The notes beneath the pieces were generated by a model. It was not told the origin of the DNA. It saw only the letters and a program-made list of their open reading frames with translations, and searched no databases. A program made the position numbers and the translations under genes. Below are positions 7,901-15,918 of a stretch of DNA of 64,000 bases, in pieces; the stretch's first letter is position 1, and each line of letters starts with the position of its first letter. Source of the DNA: Verrucomicrobiaceae bacterium (GTDB lineage Bacteria > Verrucomicrobiota > Verrucomicrobiia > Chthoniobacterales > JAATET01); the NCBI GenBank assembly GCA_027488755.1, contig JAIYAZ010000015.1, forward strand, positions 16,913-80,912. The letters are read 5' to 3'.

Positions 7901-9421
7901 TCAGCCCAGCCGCGCGACCCGCGCCGCAACCTCGGGATCCATCCGAATGATCGGCGGCCACTCCCGCTTGAACCCCTCGCCCGCCAGCTTCCGCGTCGCG
8001 TCGATCCCCAGCTTCGTGCCAATCGCGATCTCGCTCGTCGCGTGATCCAGCACATCCGCCGGCCCCCGCGTGAACACGCTGTCCCGCTGCGGATCGGTGT
8101 TCGCGCAGAGATGAAACAGCACCTCGCTCGTGTTGTGCACGTCCACGTCGGCATCCACGACCACGATGTATTTCGTGAACATCATCTGCCCCATGCCCCA
8201 CAGGCCGTGCATCACCTTGTAGGCCTGCATCGGGTAGGTCTTGCGAATGCTCACAATCACCGCGTTGTGAAACGTGCCCTCCGCCGGCAGCGCAATGTCC
8301 ACGATCTCCGGGAAGTTCATCTTGAAGATCGGCAGGAACAGCTTCACCGACGCCGCGCCGATGTAAAAATCCTCCATCGGCGGGATCCCCACGATCGTCG
8401 CCGGATACACCGCATCCTTCCGGTGCGTGATCGCCGTCACGTGAAACACCGGATACGGCTCCGGCAGCGTGTAGTAACCCGTGTGGTCGCCAAACGGCCC
8501 CTCCATCCGCAGCGGCTCCGTCGGGTCGATGTAACCCTCGATCACAATGTCCGCGTTCGCCGGCACCTCGAGGTCATTTGTCTCGCACTTCACCAGCTCG
8601 ATCGACTTCCGCCGCAGGTAACCCGCGAGCAAAAACTCATCCAGCCCGTCCGGCAGCGGCGCCGTGGCCGCGAAGGGATACACCGGATCGCCGCCCAGAA
8701 AAATCGTCACCGGCATCCGCTGCCCCGTCTCGTAGTAACGCCGCCCGTGCCGCGCCGCGACCTTCTGCAACTGCCAGTGCATGCCCGTCGTGCGGTCGTC
8801 GTAAACCTGCACCCGATACATGCCGAGATTCCGCTCACCCGTGTCCGGGTCCTGCGTCACCACGCACGGCAGCGTCACAAAGCGCCCGCCGTCCAGCGGC
8901 CAGCACCGCAGGATGGGGAGATTCAGGAGCGTGGGCGGCTGGCGGTCAAACGTCGCCGGATCCTTCACGTCCGGCGCGGGCGGCCACACGTTCGAGGGGT
9001 CCGCGGGATCAAACCGGTGGATCACGTCCTTGCACGGCCCGCTCTTCACGCGCTTGGGCCGCGCGTGCCGCAGCTCGATGGCCGTGCCGAGCAGCTTGAT
9101 CGCCTCCCCGAAGCTCGTCGGCGGCTTGGCCTTCATCAGCGTGCCAAGCTCATCCGCCACGGCATCCACCGTCTCCGCGCCCATGCTCATCGCCATGCGC
9201 TTCCACGAGCCCATCGTGTTGATCGCGACCGGAAACGGCGAGACCACCCCGTTCACCGTCGGTTTCTCAAACAGCAGCGCCTGGCCGCCCCCCGGCTTCT
9301 TCATCTCCCGGTCGGCAATCGCGGTGATCTCCAGCTCGGTCGCGACCGGCTCGGAGATGCGACGCAGCTCGCCCGCGCGTTCCAGCTCTTCCACAAAGGC
9401 TCGGTAGGATGCGTGGGCCAT
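7901..9421 (-). CDS. UbiD-family (prenyl-FMN dependent) decarboxylase, menaquinone/ubiquinone-type
   Basis: 506 aa. N-terminus SYRAFVEELERAGELRRISEPV..ELEITAIADR; core GGRFVTLPCVVTQDPDTGERNLGMYRVQV and EGPFGDHTGYY. These are typical of UbiD. Confidence 0.9.
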   Translation of the reverse strand: MAHASYRAFVEELERAGELRRISEPVATELEITAIADREMKKPGGGQALLFEKPTVNGVVSPFPVAINTMGSWKRMAMSMGAETVDAVADELGTLMKAKPPTSFGEAIKLLGTAIELRHARPKRVKSGPCKDVIHRFDPADPSNVWPPAPDVKDPATFDRQPPTLLNLPILRCWPLDGGRFVTLPCVVTQDPDTGERNLGMYRVQVYDDRTTGMHWQLQKVAARHGRRYYETGQRMPVTIFLGGDPVYPFAATAPLPDGLDEFLLAGYLRRKSIELVKCETNDLEVPANADIVIEGYIDPTEPLRMEGPFGDHTGYYTLPEPYPVFHVTAITHRKDAVYPATIVGIPPMEDFYIGAASVKLFLPIFKMNFPEIVDIALPAEGTFHNAVIVSIRKTYPMQAYKVMHGLWGMGQMMFTKYIVVVDADVDVHNTSEVLFHLCANTDPQRDSVFTRGPADVLDHATSEIAIGTKLGIDATRKLAGEGFKREWPPIIRMDPEVAARVARLG

Positions 9422-9518
9422 ATCAGCGGTTCAGCGCGGGTGGGAAATTCATAACGTTGTGGATATTATCCCTACGCGGCGCTGGCAAACGAGGGTTTCA
9501 CATTCCGCAAAAAAGGAA

Positions 9519-9547
9519 TTGCGCCCCCCCATCGAAAGCCCCATATT
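9519..9547 (+). promoter_or_regulatory. candidate sigma-70-type promoter for tRNA-Asp
   Basis: TTGCGC (9519-9524), a 17-nt spacer, then CATATT (9542-9547), ending 14 nt upstream of the tRNA 5' end. This rests on a motif match only. Confidence 0.3.
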
Positions 9548-9561
9548 TCGCGGCTCCTCAA

Positions 9562-9635
9562 GGAGCCTTAGCTCAATCGGTTAGAGCGCCGCCCTGTCAC
9601 GGCGGAGGTTGCGGGTTCGAGCCCCGTAGGCTCCG
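9562..9635 (+). tRNA. tRNA-Asp (anticodon GUC)
   Basis: Hand-folded cloverleaf. Acceptor ggagcct/aggctcc; D-arm gctc-aatcggtta-gagc; anticodon stem ccgcc/ggcgg with loop CUGUCAC; T-arm gcggg-ttcgagc-cccgt. CCA is not encoded. Confidence 0.9.
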
Positions 9636-9673
9636 GAGGGTTTTCGTGCTCCCCGCCGCCGGCTCCTGGATTC

Positions 9674-10381
9674 CTAGCCCGCCTTGACCTCGTCGCGCAC
9701 GCGGAGATACGTCCGCCGCGTCGGTTTGCCGGTGGCCGGGTCCAAACTTTCCACGCGCATCGTCCGCAGCATCCAGCGCCCACTCCGCTGCTGCGCGCTG
9801 ATCACTTCGAAGCGCTTCACCAGCCGGCCCGCGGGGTCATAGGCCTCGATCTGCATCACCGCGCCGCTTTTCTGGTCGATCCACACGCGCGCCGCGCCGT
9901 ATTGCGAATCCCCCCGGGGCGCCGGCATTTCCAACTTCCACGTGCGCCGCGTGCGAACCGTCTCCTCGCCCAGCACCCGGGCGCGCGGCCAGTAAAGCAG
10001 GCGCAGCGAGAGATCCTCAAACGTCACGTTCGTCCCCCGCAGCACCTCGGCGTAACGCGCGGCCCGGATCGTCACCGTCCGCCCGTCCCGCACCTCGCGC
10101 AGCTCCGAACTCTCGGGCCCCAGCACGAGCTGGATCGTCTGCGCCGGGTCCGTGAACGCGTAACTCACCACCCCGTCCCGGGCCGAAATCGTGAGCGGCA
10201 CGCTTTCGCCCTCCTCGTCTTCCAGCTCGGCACGGTAGGCCGCCTCGGTTTGCAGTGACGCCTCGCGGGCCGTCCGCAGAATCTGCTCGGCCGGCGGAGA
10301 CTCGCCCCACGCAACGGACATTCCGAACACCAACAACCCCGCGCAAAACAGGGTCCGGGCTTGAGTGACACGAGGAATCAT
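9674..10381 (-). CDS. LolA-like outer-membrane lipoprotein-sorting family protein (secreted)
   Basis: Signal peptide MIPRVTQARTLFCAGLLVFGMSVAWG. The overall pattern (..TFEDLSLRLLYWP.., ..VWIDQKSGAVMQIEAYD..) resembles the LolA-like family. This assignment is from memory only. Confidence 0.55.
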   Translation of the reverse strand: MIPRVTQARTLFCAGLLVFGMSVAWGESPPAEQILRTAREASLQTEAAYRAELEDEEGESVPLTISARDGVVSYAFTDPAQTIQLVLGPESSELREVRDGRTVTIRAARYAEVLRGTNVTFEDLSLRLLYWPRARVLGEETVRTRRTWKLEMPAPRGDSQYGAARVWIDQKSGAVMQIEAYDPAGRLVKRFEVISAQQRSGRWMLRTMRVESLDPATGKPTRRTYLRVRDEVKAG

Positions 10382-10413
10382 CGGAGAGTGCCGACTATCC
10401 GGCTCCCGGCTCG

Positions 10414-11067
10414 ATGGATCAACGTCTCTTTTTTCTCTTCAACCGCGACTGGACCCACCCCGCGCTCGACCTGCCCATGGCGGCGATCTCGAGCTGGGAC
10501 TTCTGGTGGCCGATCGCCGCCCTGCTCGGCCTCCTGCTGCTCATCTTCGGCGGCTTCCGCGGCCGCGCCGCGCTCGTCTGCATCGGCCTCGCCATCGGGC
10601 TCACCGACGGCATCGTCGTCGACGGCCTCAAGGACCTCACCGGTCGTCCACGCCCCTATCAGGTGCTCGAAGGCGTGCGCATCCTCGACCTCCAGAAGGC
10701 CAAGCCGCGCCTGCTTGCCCTCACCCTCGAACAGCCGCTCAAGCTCGAATACTCCCGCCCCTCGATCCAACCCGTGCGCGGCAACTCCTTCCCCTCCGGC
10801 CACTCCGCCAATAACTTCACCCTCGCCACCGTGCTGGCCCTTTTCTACCGCCGCTGGGGCTGGCTCTATTTCCTTCCCGCCACCCTCGTCGCGCTCTCCC
10901 GCGTCTACACAGGCTCGCATTACCCCTCCGACGTGCTCGTTTCCGCGTTCCTCGGCTCGGGCCTCGCCCTGCTGGTCGTCGCCGCCGCCGAGGCGCTCTG
11001 GCGCCGGTTCGCCCCCCGCCTCGTCCCGCGCCTCGCCGCGGCGCATCCCGGCCTCCTGCCCGCATGA
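10414..11067 (+). CDS. PAP2-family phosphatase (lipid phosphate phosphatase)
   Basis: All three PAP2 motifs are present: KDLTGRPRP, FPSGHS and SRVYTGSHYPSDV. Confidence 0.85.
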   Translation: MDQRLFFLFNRDWTHPALDLPMAAISSWDFWWPIAALLGLLLLIFGGFRGRAALVCIGLAIGLTDGIVVDGLKDLTGRPRPYQVLEGVRILDLQKAKPRLLALTLEQPLKLEYSRPSIQPVRGNSFPSGHSANNFTLATVLALFYRRWGWLYFLPATLVALSRVYTGSHYPSDVLVSAFLGSGLALLVVAAAEALWRRFAPRLVPRLAAAHPGLLPA

Positions 11068-12524
11068 AATCCCTCCTGCTGGCCCTGCTTGTGGTCATCA
11101 CCGCGGCGCGGTTCTGGACCACCGCCACCGCCCCCGTGACCGCGCCGGAAGCCTTCGCCTGGATGCAGTCCCAGCGGCTCGACTGGGCCTACTTCGATCA
11201 ACCCGCCGGCACCGCCGCCCTCGTCGACCTTGGCACCCGCTGGTTCGGCCCCGGCCCGCTCGGCCTCCGGTGGTTCGCCCCGCTGTTCGCCGCCCTCGCC
11301 AGCCTCGCGCTGTTCGCCGTCGCCCGCCGCTGGTTCGGGGCGCCCGCGGCAACCGGGGCCGTCCTCGCCCTCAACGTTCTGCCCGCTTTTCACCAAGCCG
11401 CCTGGCAGGCCACGTCCACCCAACCCGCCCTCGCGCTTAGCCTCGCGTCCCTGGCGTTTCTGGCGCTGGCGCTCGATTCCCGGCGGGCAACGGACTGGAT
11501 CGCCGCCGGGCTCGCCGCCGCCCTCGCCGTGCAATTTTCCTACCTCGCCGCGCTCCTTCCCGTGGCTGCCGGCCTGCTCTGTCTCCTCTCCGCCCGCCAC
11601 CGTCGCCAGCTCCACCGACCGGCCCCGTGGCTGGCCGCCGCCCTCGCCCTGCTCGGCCTCCTGCCGGCCATCGTCTGGAATCAACTCCACCGCTGGCCTA
11701 TGACCGCCCTCGGCACCTGGCGCAGCGAACTCACGCCCGACTGGGCCGCCCTGCCCGGCTCCCTCGGCTTCGCGGTGGCCCAACTTTCGGCCCCGGCCCT
11801 CCTCGCCGGACTCCTCGGGCTCGCCCTCGCCCTCCGCGAAGCCCGCGTCCACGCCCATCCCCGCCACGCCCTCCTGTTTGCCGCCCCCTTCCTCGCGCTC
11901 GCCGCGCAAGGCCTCATCCAGGGCTGGACCAATCCCGCCCCCCTCCTCTTTGCCGCCACGATCCTCCTGCCCGTTACCGCCGCGATGTTCGCGGCCGCGC
12001 CCTCCCTCCTCCGCGGCACCGGCGCCCTTCTCCTCTTTCTCACCGGACTCAACCTCGCCCTCGGCCCCTTCCCGCCGACCACGCCGGAGCCACCCTGGGC
12101 GCAGATCGCCACCGAACTCCGCCGCACCCTCGCCCAGGCCCCCGCCGGCGACCGCCCGCCCTTCCTCATTGCGCCCACCCCCGACGCCACCGCCGCGCTC
12201 AATTACCACCTCGCCGGCACCGGCAGCGAAGTCTACCTCCGCGAATCCCAGGACCTCTCGAACCAATTCGGCCTCTGGCCCCGCTACGACGACTTCGTCA
12301 AAACCGACCGTCCCGCCGACGAATTCTTCCAGCTCGAAGGCAACGCGCAGAACCCCAACCTCGGCCGCAACGCCCTCTACCTCGGCCCCGAGGAACCCGC
12401 CGAACTCCCGCAAACCATCACCGCCGCCTTCGGCCGCGTGACCCTGCAAAGCACGCTCACCCCCGCCACCGGCGGCAAATTGCGCGTGTATCTTTGCGAG
12501 AATTATCAAACCATGCCCCTCTGA
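11064..12524 (+). CDS. GT-C family glycosyltransferase, ArnT/PMT-like (GT39/GT83-like)
   Basis: About 11-12 TM segments plus a soluble C-terminal domain. The N-terminal loop ..APEAFAWMQSQRLDWAYFDQPAG.. resembles ArnT/PMT enzymes. ATGA coupling to the PAP2 gene at 11064-11067. Confidence 0.7.
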   Translation: MKSLLLALLVVITAARFWTTATAPVTAPEAFAWMQSQRLDWAYFDQPAGTAALVDLGTRWFGPGPLGLRWFAPLFAALASLALFAVARRWFGAPAATGAVLALNVLPAFHQAAWQATSTQPALALSLASLAFLALALDSRRATDWIAAGLAAALAVQFSYLAALLPVAAGLLCLLSARHRRQLHRPAPWLAAALALLGLLPAIVWNQLHRWPMTALGTWRSELTPDWAALPGSLGFAVAQLSAPALLAGLLGLALALREARVHAHPRHALLFAAPFLALAAQGLIQGWTNPAPLLFAATILLPVTAAMFAAAPSLLRGTGALLLFLTGLNLALGPFPPTTPEPPWAQIATELRRTLAQAPAGDRPPFLIAPTPDATAALNYHLAGTGSEVYLRESQDLSNQFGLWPRYDDFVKTDRPADEFFQLEGNAQNPNLGRNALYLGPEEPAELPQTITAAFGRVTLQSTLTPATGGKLRVYLCENYQTMPL

Positions 12525-12551
12525 GCGCCGTCCGCGCGCCCGTTTGTCTCC

Positions 12552-13253
12552 ATGCCGCAACTGTCCGTCGTCGTCCCCCTCTTTAACGAAGAGGAAAACG
12601 TTCCCATCCTCCAATCCGAGATCGAAGCCGCCCTCGCCGGCCACGACTACGAGCTCGTCTTCGTCGACGACGGCTCCACCGACGCCACCAAATCCCGCGT
12701 CCGCCACGGCGACCGCGTCCGGCTGCTCGAATTCGTGAAAAACGAGGGCCAGAGCGCCGCCATGCTCGCCGGCATCACCGCCGCCCGCGGGTCCGTGATC
12801 GTGATGCTCGACGGCGACCTCCAGAACGACCCCGCGGACATCCCCCGCCTCGTCGCCACCCTCGACGCCGCCCCCGGCGCCGACCTCGTCTGCGGCTACC
12901 GCGCCCGCCGCGCCGACAAGCTCTCCAAAAAAATCACCAGCCGCGTCGCCAACTTCGTCCGCAGCCGCTTCGTCGGCGACGGCGTCCGCGACACCGGCTG
13001 CACGCTCAAGGCCATGCGCCGCGAATGCGCCGCCGCCCTCGTCCCCTTCAAGGGCGTCCACCGCTTCATCCCCGCGCTGGTGAAAAACGCCGGCTTCCGC
13101 GTCGCCGAGATTCCCGTGAACCACCGCCCGCGCCAGTTCGGCGTGAGCAAATACGGCCTCGGCAACCGCGCCCTCCGCGCCACGACCGACATGTTCGGCG
13201 TGCGCTGGCTCCAAAGCCGCCGCGTCAGCTACGCCCTGCGGAACGACGGCTGA
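12552..13253 (+). CDS. GT2 polyprenol-phosphate glycosyltransferase (ArnC/GtrB/DPM1-like)
   Basis: Contains LSVVVPLFNEEENV, YELVFVDDGSTD and the DxD motif in MLDGDLQNDP. Confidence 0.85.
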   Translation: MPQLSVVVPLFNEEENVPILQSEIEAALAGHDYELVFVDDGSTDATKSRVRHGDRVRLLEFVKNEGQSAAMLAGITAARGSVIVMLDGDLQNDPADIPRLVATLDAAPGADLVCGYRARRADKLSKKITSRVANFVRSRFVGDGVRDTGCTLKAMRRECAAALVPFKGVHRFIPALVKNAGFRVAEIPVNHRPRQFGVSKYGLGNRALRATTDMFGVRWLQSRRVSYALRNDG

Positions 13254-13271
13254 GGCCGCGGTCCCGACGCG

Positions 13272-14441
13272 CTACCGCGTGGGCACGGGATCGCGGTCCC
13301 AGAAATACCGCTTCAGCACGACCTTGAGCGTGGCCGTGAGCGGGACGGCCAGCAGCGCGCCGAGCAGGCCGCCGAGCACAAGGCTCCAGGCGAGCACGGA
13401 GACAATGACCGTGAGCGGGTGGAGGCCGACGGATTCCCCGACGATCTTCGGCGCGAGGAAGAGTCCGTCGATCTGGTTCACGGCGATAAAGATGATCGTC
13501 ACCGCTAGCGGGTGCGCCCAGTCGCCGAACTGGAAGGTCGCGATGAGCACGGCGGGAATCCAGCAGATGAGCGTGCCGGCGTAGGGAATGAGCCCGAGCA
13601 CGCCCACGAGCAGGCCGATGAGCACGGCAAAATCGAGCCCCATGACCAGTAGGCAGATCGCGATGAGCGCGCCGTCGGTCAGACTCACGAGGAGCTGGCC
13701 GCGGAAAAAACTGATAAGGTAGCCGTTGATTTCGCTGAGCAGGGAGACGATCTCGCTCTTCAGCGGCGAGGCGCGCAGCGGCAGGTAATTGCTCCAGTTG
13801 GCCGCGATTTGCGGGCCGTCGTTGAGAAAGAAAAAGAGGAAGATCGGCACCAGCACGAGGCTGAGCAAAAAGCCGAGCGCCCCAAGCGCGCCGCCGACGC
13901 CCTTTTGCACGATGCCGCCCGCATTGCTCAGGATTTCCCCCGCCTTGCTCTGCACGGTGGCGATGCCCTCGGAGATGCTTTTGTGGATCGCGTTGTTGAA
14001 CGGATCGAGCGGCGCCTCGCCCTGCGTGGGAGTCTGGAAGCGAAGCGCGAGGCCCTTGACGTTTTCGACGGTGGACTTCAGCAGCGTCTGCGCGCGTTCG
14101 CTGTATTTGGGCAGGTTCTGGCGGAAGTTATCGCTCTGGCGCTGGATGGTCGGGACCACCCACACGATGATGGAGGCACAGAGCAGGAGAATCGCGACGA
14201 AGACGGTGACCACCGCCCAGATGCGGCGAAATCCACGGCGCGTGAGAAAGGTCACCACGGGGTCGAGCAGGTAGGCGATGATGCCGGCAATGGCCAGCGG
14301 CAACACGACCGGCTGGAGAAACCCGATGCCCCGCAGGACATAGCCGCCCGCGGTGAAGATGGCGGAGATGATGATGCCGAGCGCGAGGACGGTGAGCGCG
14401 GCCCACCACGTTTTCCACTGAAAGCGGCTGGGAGAAATCAT
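13272..14441 (-). CDS. AI-2E family transporter (PerM/UPF0118)
   Basis: 389 aa with about 8 TM segments. Family-typical segments are LVPIFLFFFLNDG and GLIPYAGTLICWIP. Confidence 0.85.
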   Translation of the reverse strand: MISPSRFQWKTWWAALTVLALGIIISAIFTAGGYVLRGIGFLQPVVLPLAIAGIIAYLLDPVVTFLTRRGFRRIWAVVTVFVAILLLCASIIVWVVPTIQRQSDNFRQNLPKYSERAQTLLKSTVENVKGLALRFQTPTQGEAPLDPFNNAIHKSISEGIATVQSKAGEILSNAGGIVQKGVGGALGALGFLLSLVLVPIFLFFFLNDGPQIAANWSNYLPLRASPLKSEIVSLLSEINGYLISFFRGQLLVSLTDGALIAICLLVMGLDFAVLIGLLVGVLGLIPYAGTLICWIPAVLIATFQFGDWAHPLAVTIIFIAVNQIDGLFLAPKIVGESVGLHPLTVIVSVLAWSLVLGGLLGALLAVPLTATLKVVLKRYFWDRDPVPTR

Positions 14442-14493
14442 GGCTGGCTCTGGCGTTAGCCGAAATGGACGCGCGGCGCAAACGCCATCGGCG

Positions 14494-15276
14494 TCACCGC
14501 GGCGCGTCGGGCCAGCGCGCGAGGTAGGTTTTCAACTCGGCCTCGTCCCCGTCGCGCAGCGCGACCACGAAGGCCATCGGCCCGAGCTGGCGCACGGCAA
14601 AGGCGTTGCGCCCCTTCGGACCGTAGGCGCCGAAACGCCAGCGGTCCGCGGGGATCGTGAGCCCGAGCGGCTGGGCCTCGAAGACGTAAAACATCGCCCG
14701 GGGTCGCGCCACGGCGGCGACGGCGACGGGAATCTCCTCGAACTTGAACTGCCGCACGCCCACGACCGGCGCGGCCTCGAAGCCGGGCGGCACGGCGAAG
14801 CCGTCGAAATTCTGCATGACGAACCAATCCGCGAGCGTTCCGGCGGGGGTTTCCAATTCGGTGAAACGGTCGGGCCCGACGCGACCGCCCTGTTCGACCA
14901 TTTCGGCGACCTCCTGCATGCCGGCAAAAGAGCTGCCCTGGCCGACGAAGACCCAGCCCACCACCCCGATGAGAAAAAGAAAGGCGAGCCCGACGGCGAG
15001 CATCGCGGGATCGCGAAAACTGAGCCGGCGGCGACGGCGGGCCTCCAGGCGCTGGGCGGCCTCGGCCAGGTCGGCGGCGGTTTCGGGCGCTACGGGATTG
15101 GCCTCCAGCTTCGCGGCGATGGCGCGGTCAAACGCGAGCTGGTTCTGGAACTCGGCCTCCAGCACGGGGTGGCGGCCGGCGACCTTGAGGGCGGCGCGCA
15201 CGTCCCGCTCCTCGTCATCCTCGCCGCTCGGGCGGTAGGCCCGCAGCACCTGGCGCGCGGTTTTCAGCGTCATCAT
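14494..15276 (-). CDS. putative anti-sigma factor (single-pass membrane protein)
   Basis: ATGA-coupled to the upstream sigma-like gene. It has a cytoplasmic N-terminal region, one TM helix (AMLAVGLAFLFLIGVVGWVFV) and an extracytoplasmic C-terminal domain of about 140 aa. There is no sequence motif; the call rests on context. Confidence 0.5.
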   Translation of the reverse strand: MMTLKTARQVLRAYRPSGEDDEERDVRAALKVAGRHPVLEAEFQNQLAFDRAIAAKLEANPVAPETAADLAEAAQRLEARRRRRLSFRDPAMLAVGLAFLFLIGVVGWVFVGQGSSFAGMQEVAEMVEQGGRVGPDRFTELETPAGTLADWFVMQNFDGFAVPPGFEAAPVVGVRQFKFEEIPVAVAAVARPRAMFYVFEAQPLGLTIPADRWRFGAYGPKGRNAFAVRQLGPMAFVVALRDGDEAELKTYLARWPDAPR

Positions 15277-15776
15277 GGCTGCACCTCCGGAGCCACGGGG
15301 ACCAGCGCGGCATGCAGGGCCACGCGGGCCCCGTGCAGGGCGGCGGCAAGGTCCGCATCATTCAGGCCCAGCACGCGGGCGATCGTGTCCGCATCCAGCC
15401 CATCGAGCAAAAGGAGCGCCAGCGCGCTGCGGCCGGGCTCGGGGAGATCCCGGAAGGCGGCCTCGATGCGGTCAGTTTCGAGGGGATGCACCGCCGCGGC
15501 CGCATCGGGGGCGAGGTCCACCGACCCGTTGACCGGGGTGGCCGGGGTGGCCGGGGTGGCCGGGGTGGCCGGGGTGGCCGGTCGCCGTTCCAGGGCCCGA
15601 CGGCGCAGCTCGCGGTAGAGAAACTTGCCGATTTCCCCCGCGTCCGCATGGGCGGGAGGCCGGGTGGTCGCGGCTTCCAGCACCTCAAGGGTGAGCTGCC
15701 GGGCCGGCGCCTCCTCGCCGACAAGAATCCTCGCAAAGCGAAGCAGCGATTGCTCCCAGGGATCACGGTCGGACAT
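15273..15776 (-). CDS. ECF-type sigma-70 family factor (divergent)
   Basis: Region-4-like HTH LPEPGRSALALLLLDGLDADTIARVLGLNDADLAAALHGARVAL. Start taken at ATG 15776 (MSDRDPWEQSLL). The inter-domain linker contains a (PAT)5 repeat. Confidence 0.6.
   Translation of the reverse strand: MSDRDPWEQSLLRFARILVGEEAPARQLTLEVLEAATTRPPAHADAGEIGKFLYRELRRRALERRPATPATPATPATPATPVNGSVDLAPDAAAAVHPLETDRIEAAFRDLPEPGRSALALLLLDGLDADTIARVLGLNDADLAAALHGARVALHAALVPVAPEVQP
15535..15579. repeat. perfect 9-bp tandem repeat x5 (GGGGTGGCC), in-frame inside the sigma factor linker
   Basis: Read directly: ggggtggcc repeated 5 times, encoding PATPATPATPATPAT on the minus strand. Confidence 0.95.
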
Positions 15777-15918
15777 GGCAGGCCACGTTAGGCCACCGCG
15801 CAAGGAGCGGACAAGTGCGAAACCCACCCCAGCCCGGCATCGAATCCATTGACTTGATCGCCGCAGGTTTTAGGTTCGTCGGGTCAACGGTCGCCGGGTT
15901 GCCCGGCCCCCGCTTTCC

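Noticed and set aside
9422-9561. The 140-nt AT-richer gap between ubiD and tRNA-Asp screened for a small RNA or riboswitch
   Set aside because: I could identify no conserved RNA motif or stable extended structure. The gap is most simply a divergent promoter region. Only the tRNA promoter candidate was retained, at low confidence.
10920-13214. 764-aa minus-strand ORF spanning the PAP2/ArnT/GT2 region
   Set aside because: It is antisense to three genes with clear family motifs. The product is Gly/Glu/Ala-rich with no recognisable domains, so I treat it as a GC-driven artefact. The same reasoning applies to 15763..17565(-), 56104..57780(-), 59557..61203(-), 62564..63871(-), 8042..9454(+), 3184..4623(+), 42169..43182(-), 25698..26933(-), 29788..30960(-), 48423..49730(-) and the P/R-rich ORFs 897..1916(+), 6574..7950(+), 32794..34050(+) and 57986..59683(+).
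15535-15579. Short perfect direct repeats considered as a CRISPR fragment
   Set aside because: The 9-bp units are contiguous with no spacers and lie in frame inside a coding sequence. This is a simple tandem repeat, not a CRISPR array. No CRISPR array is visible anywhere in the window.
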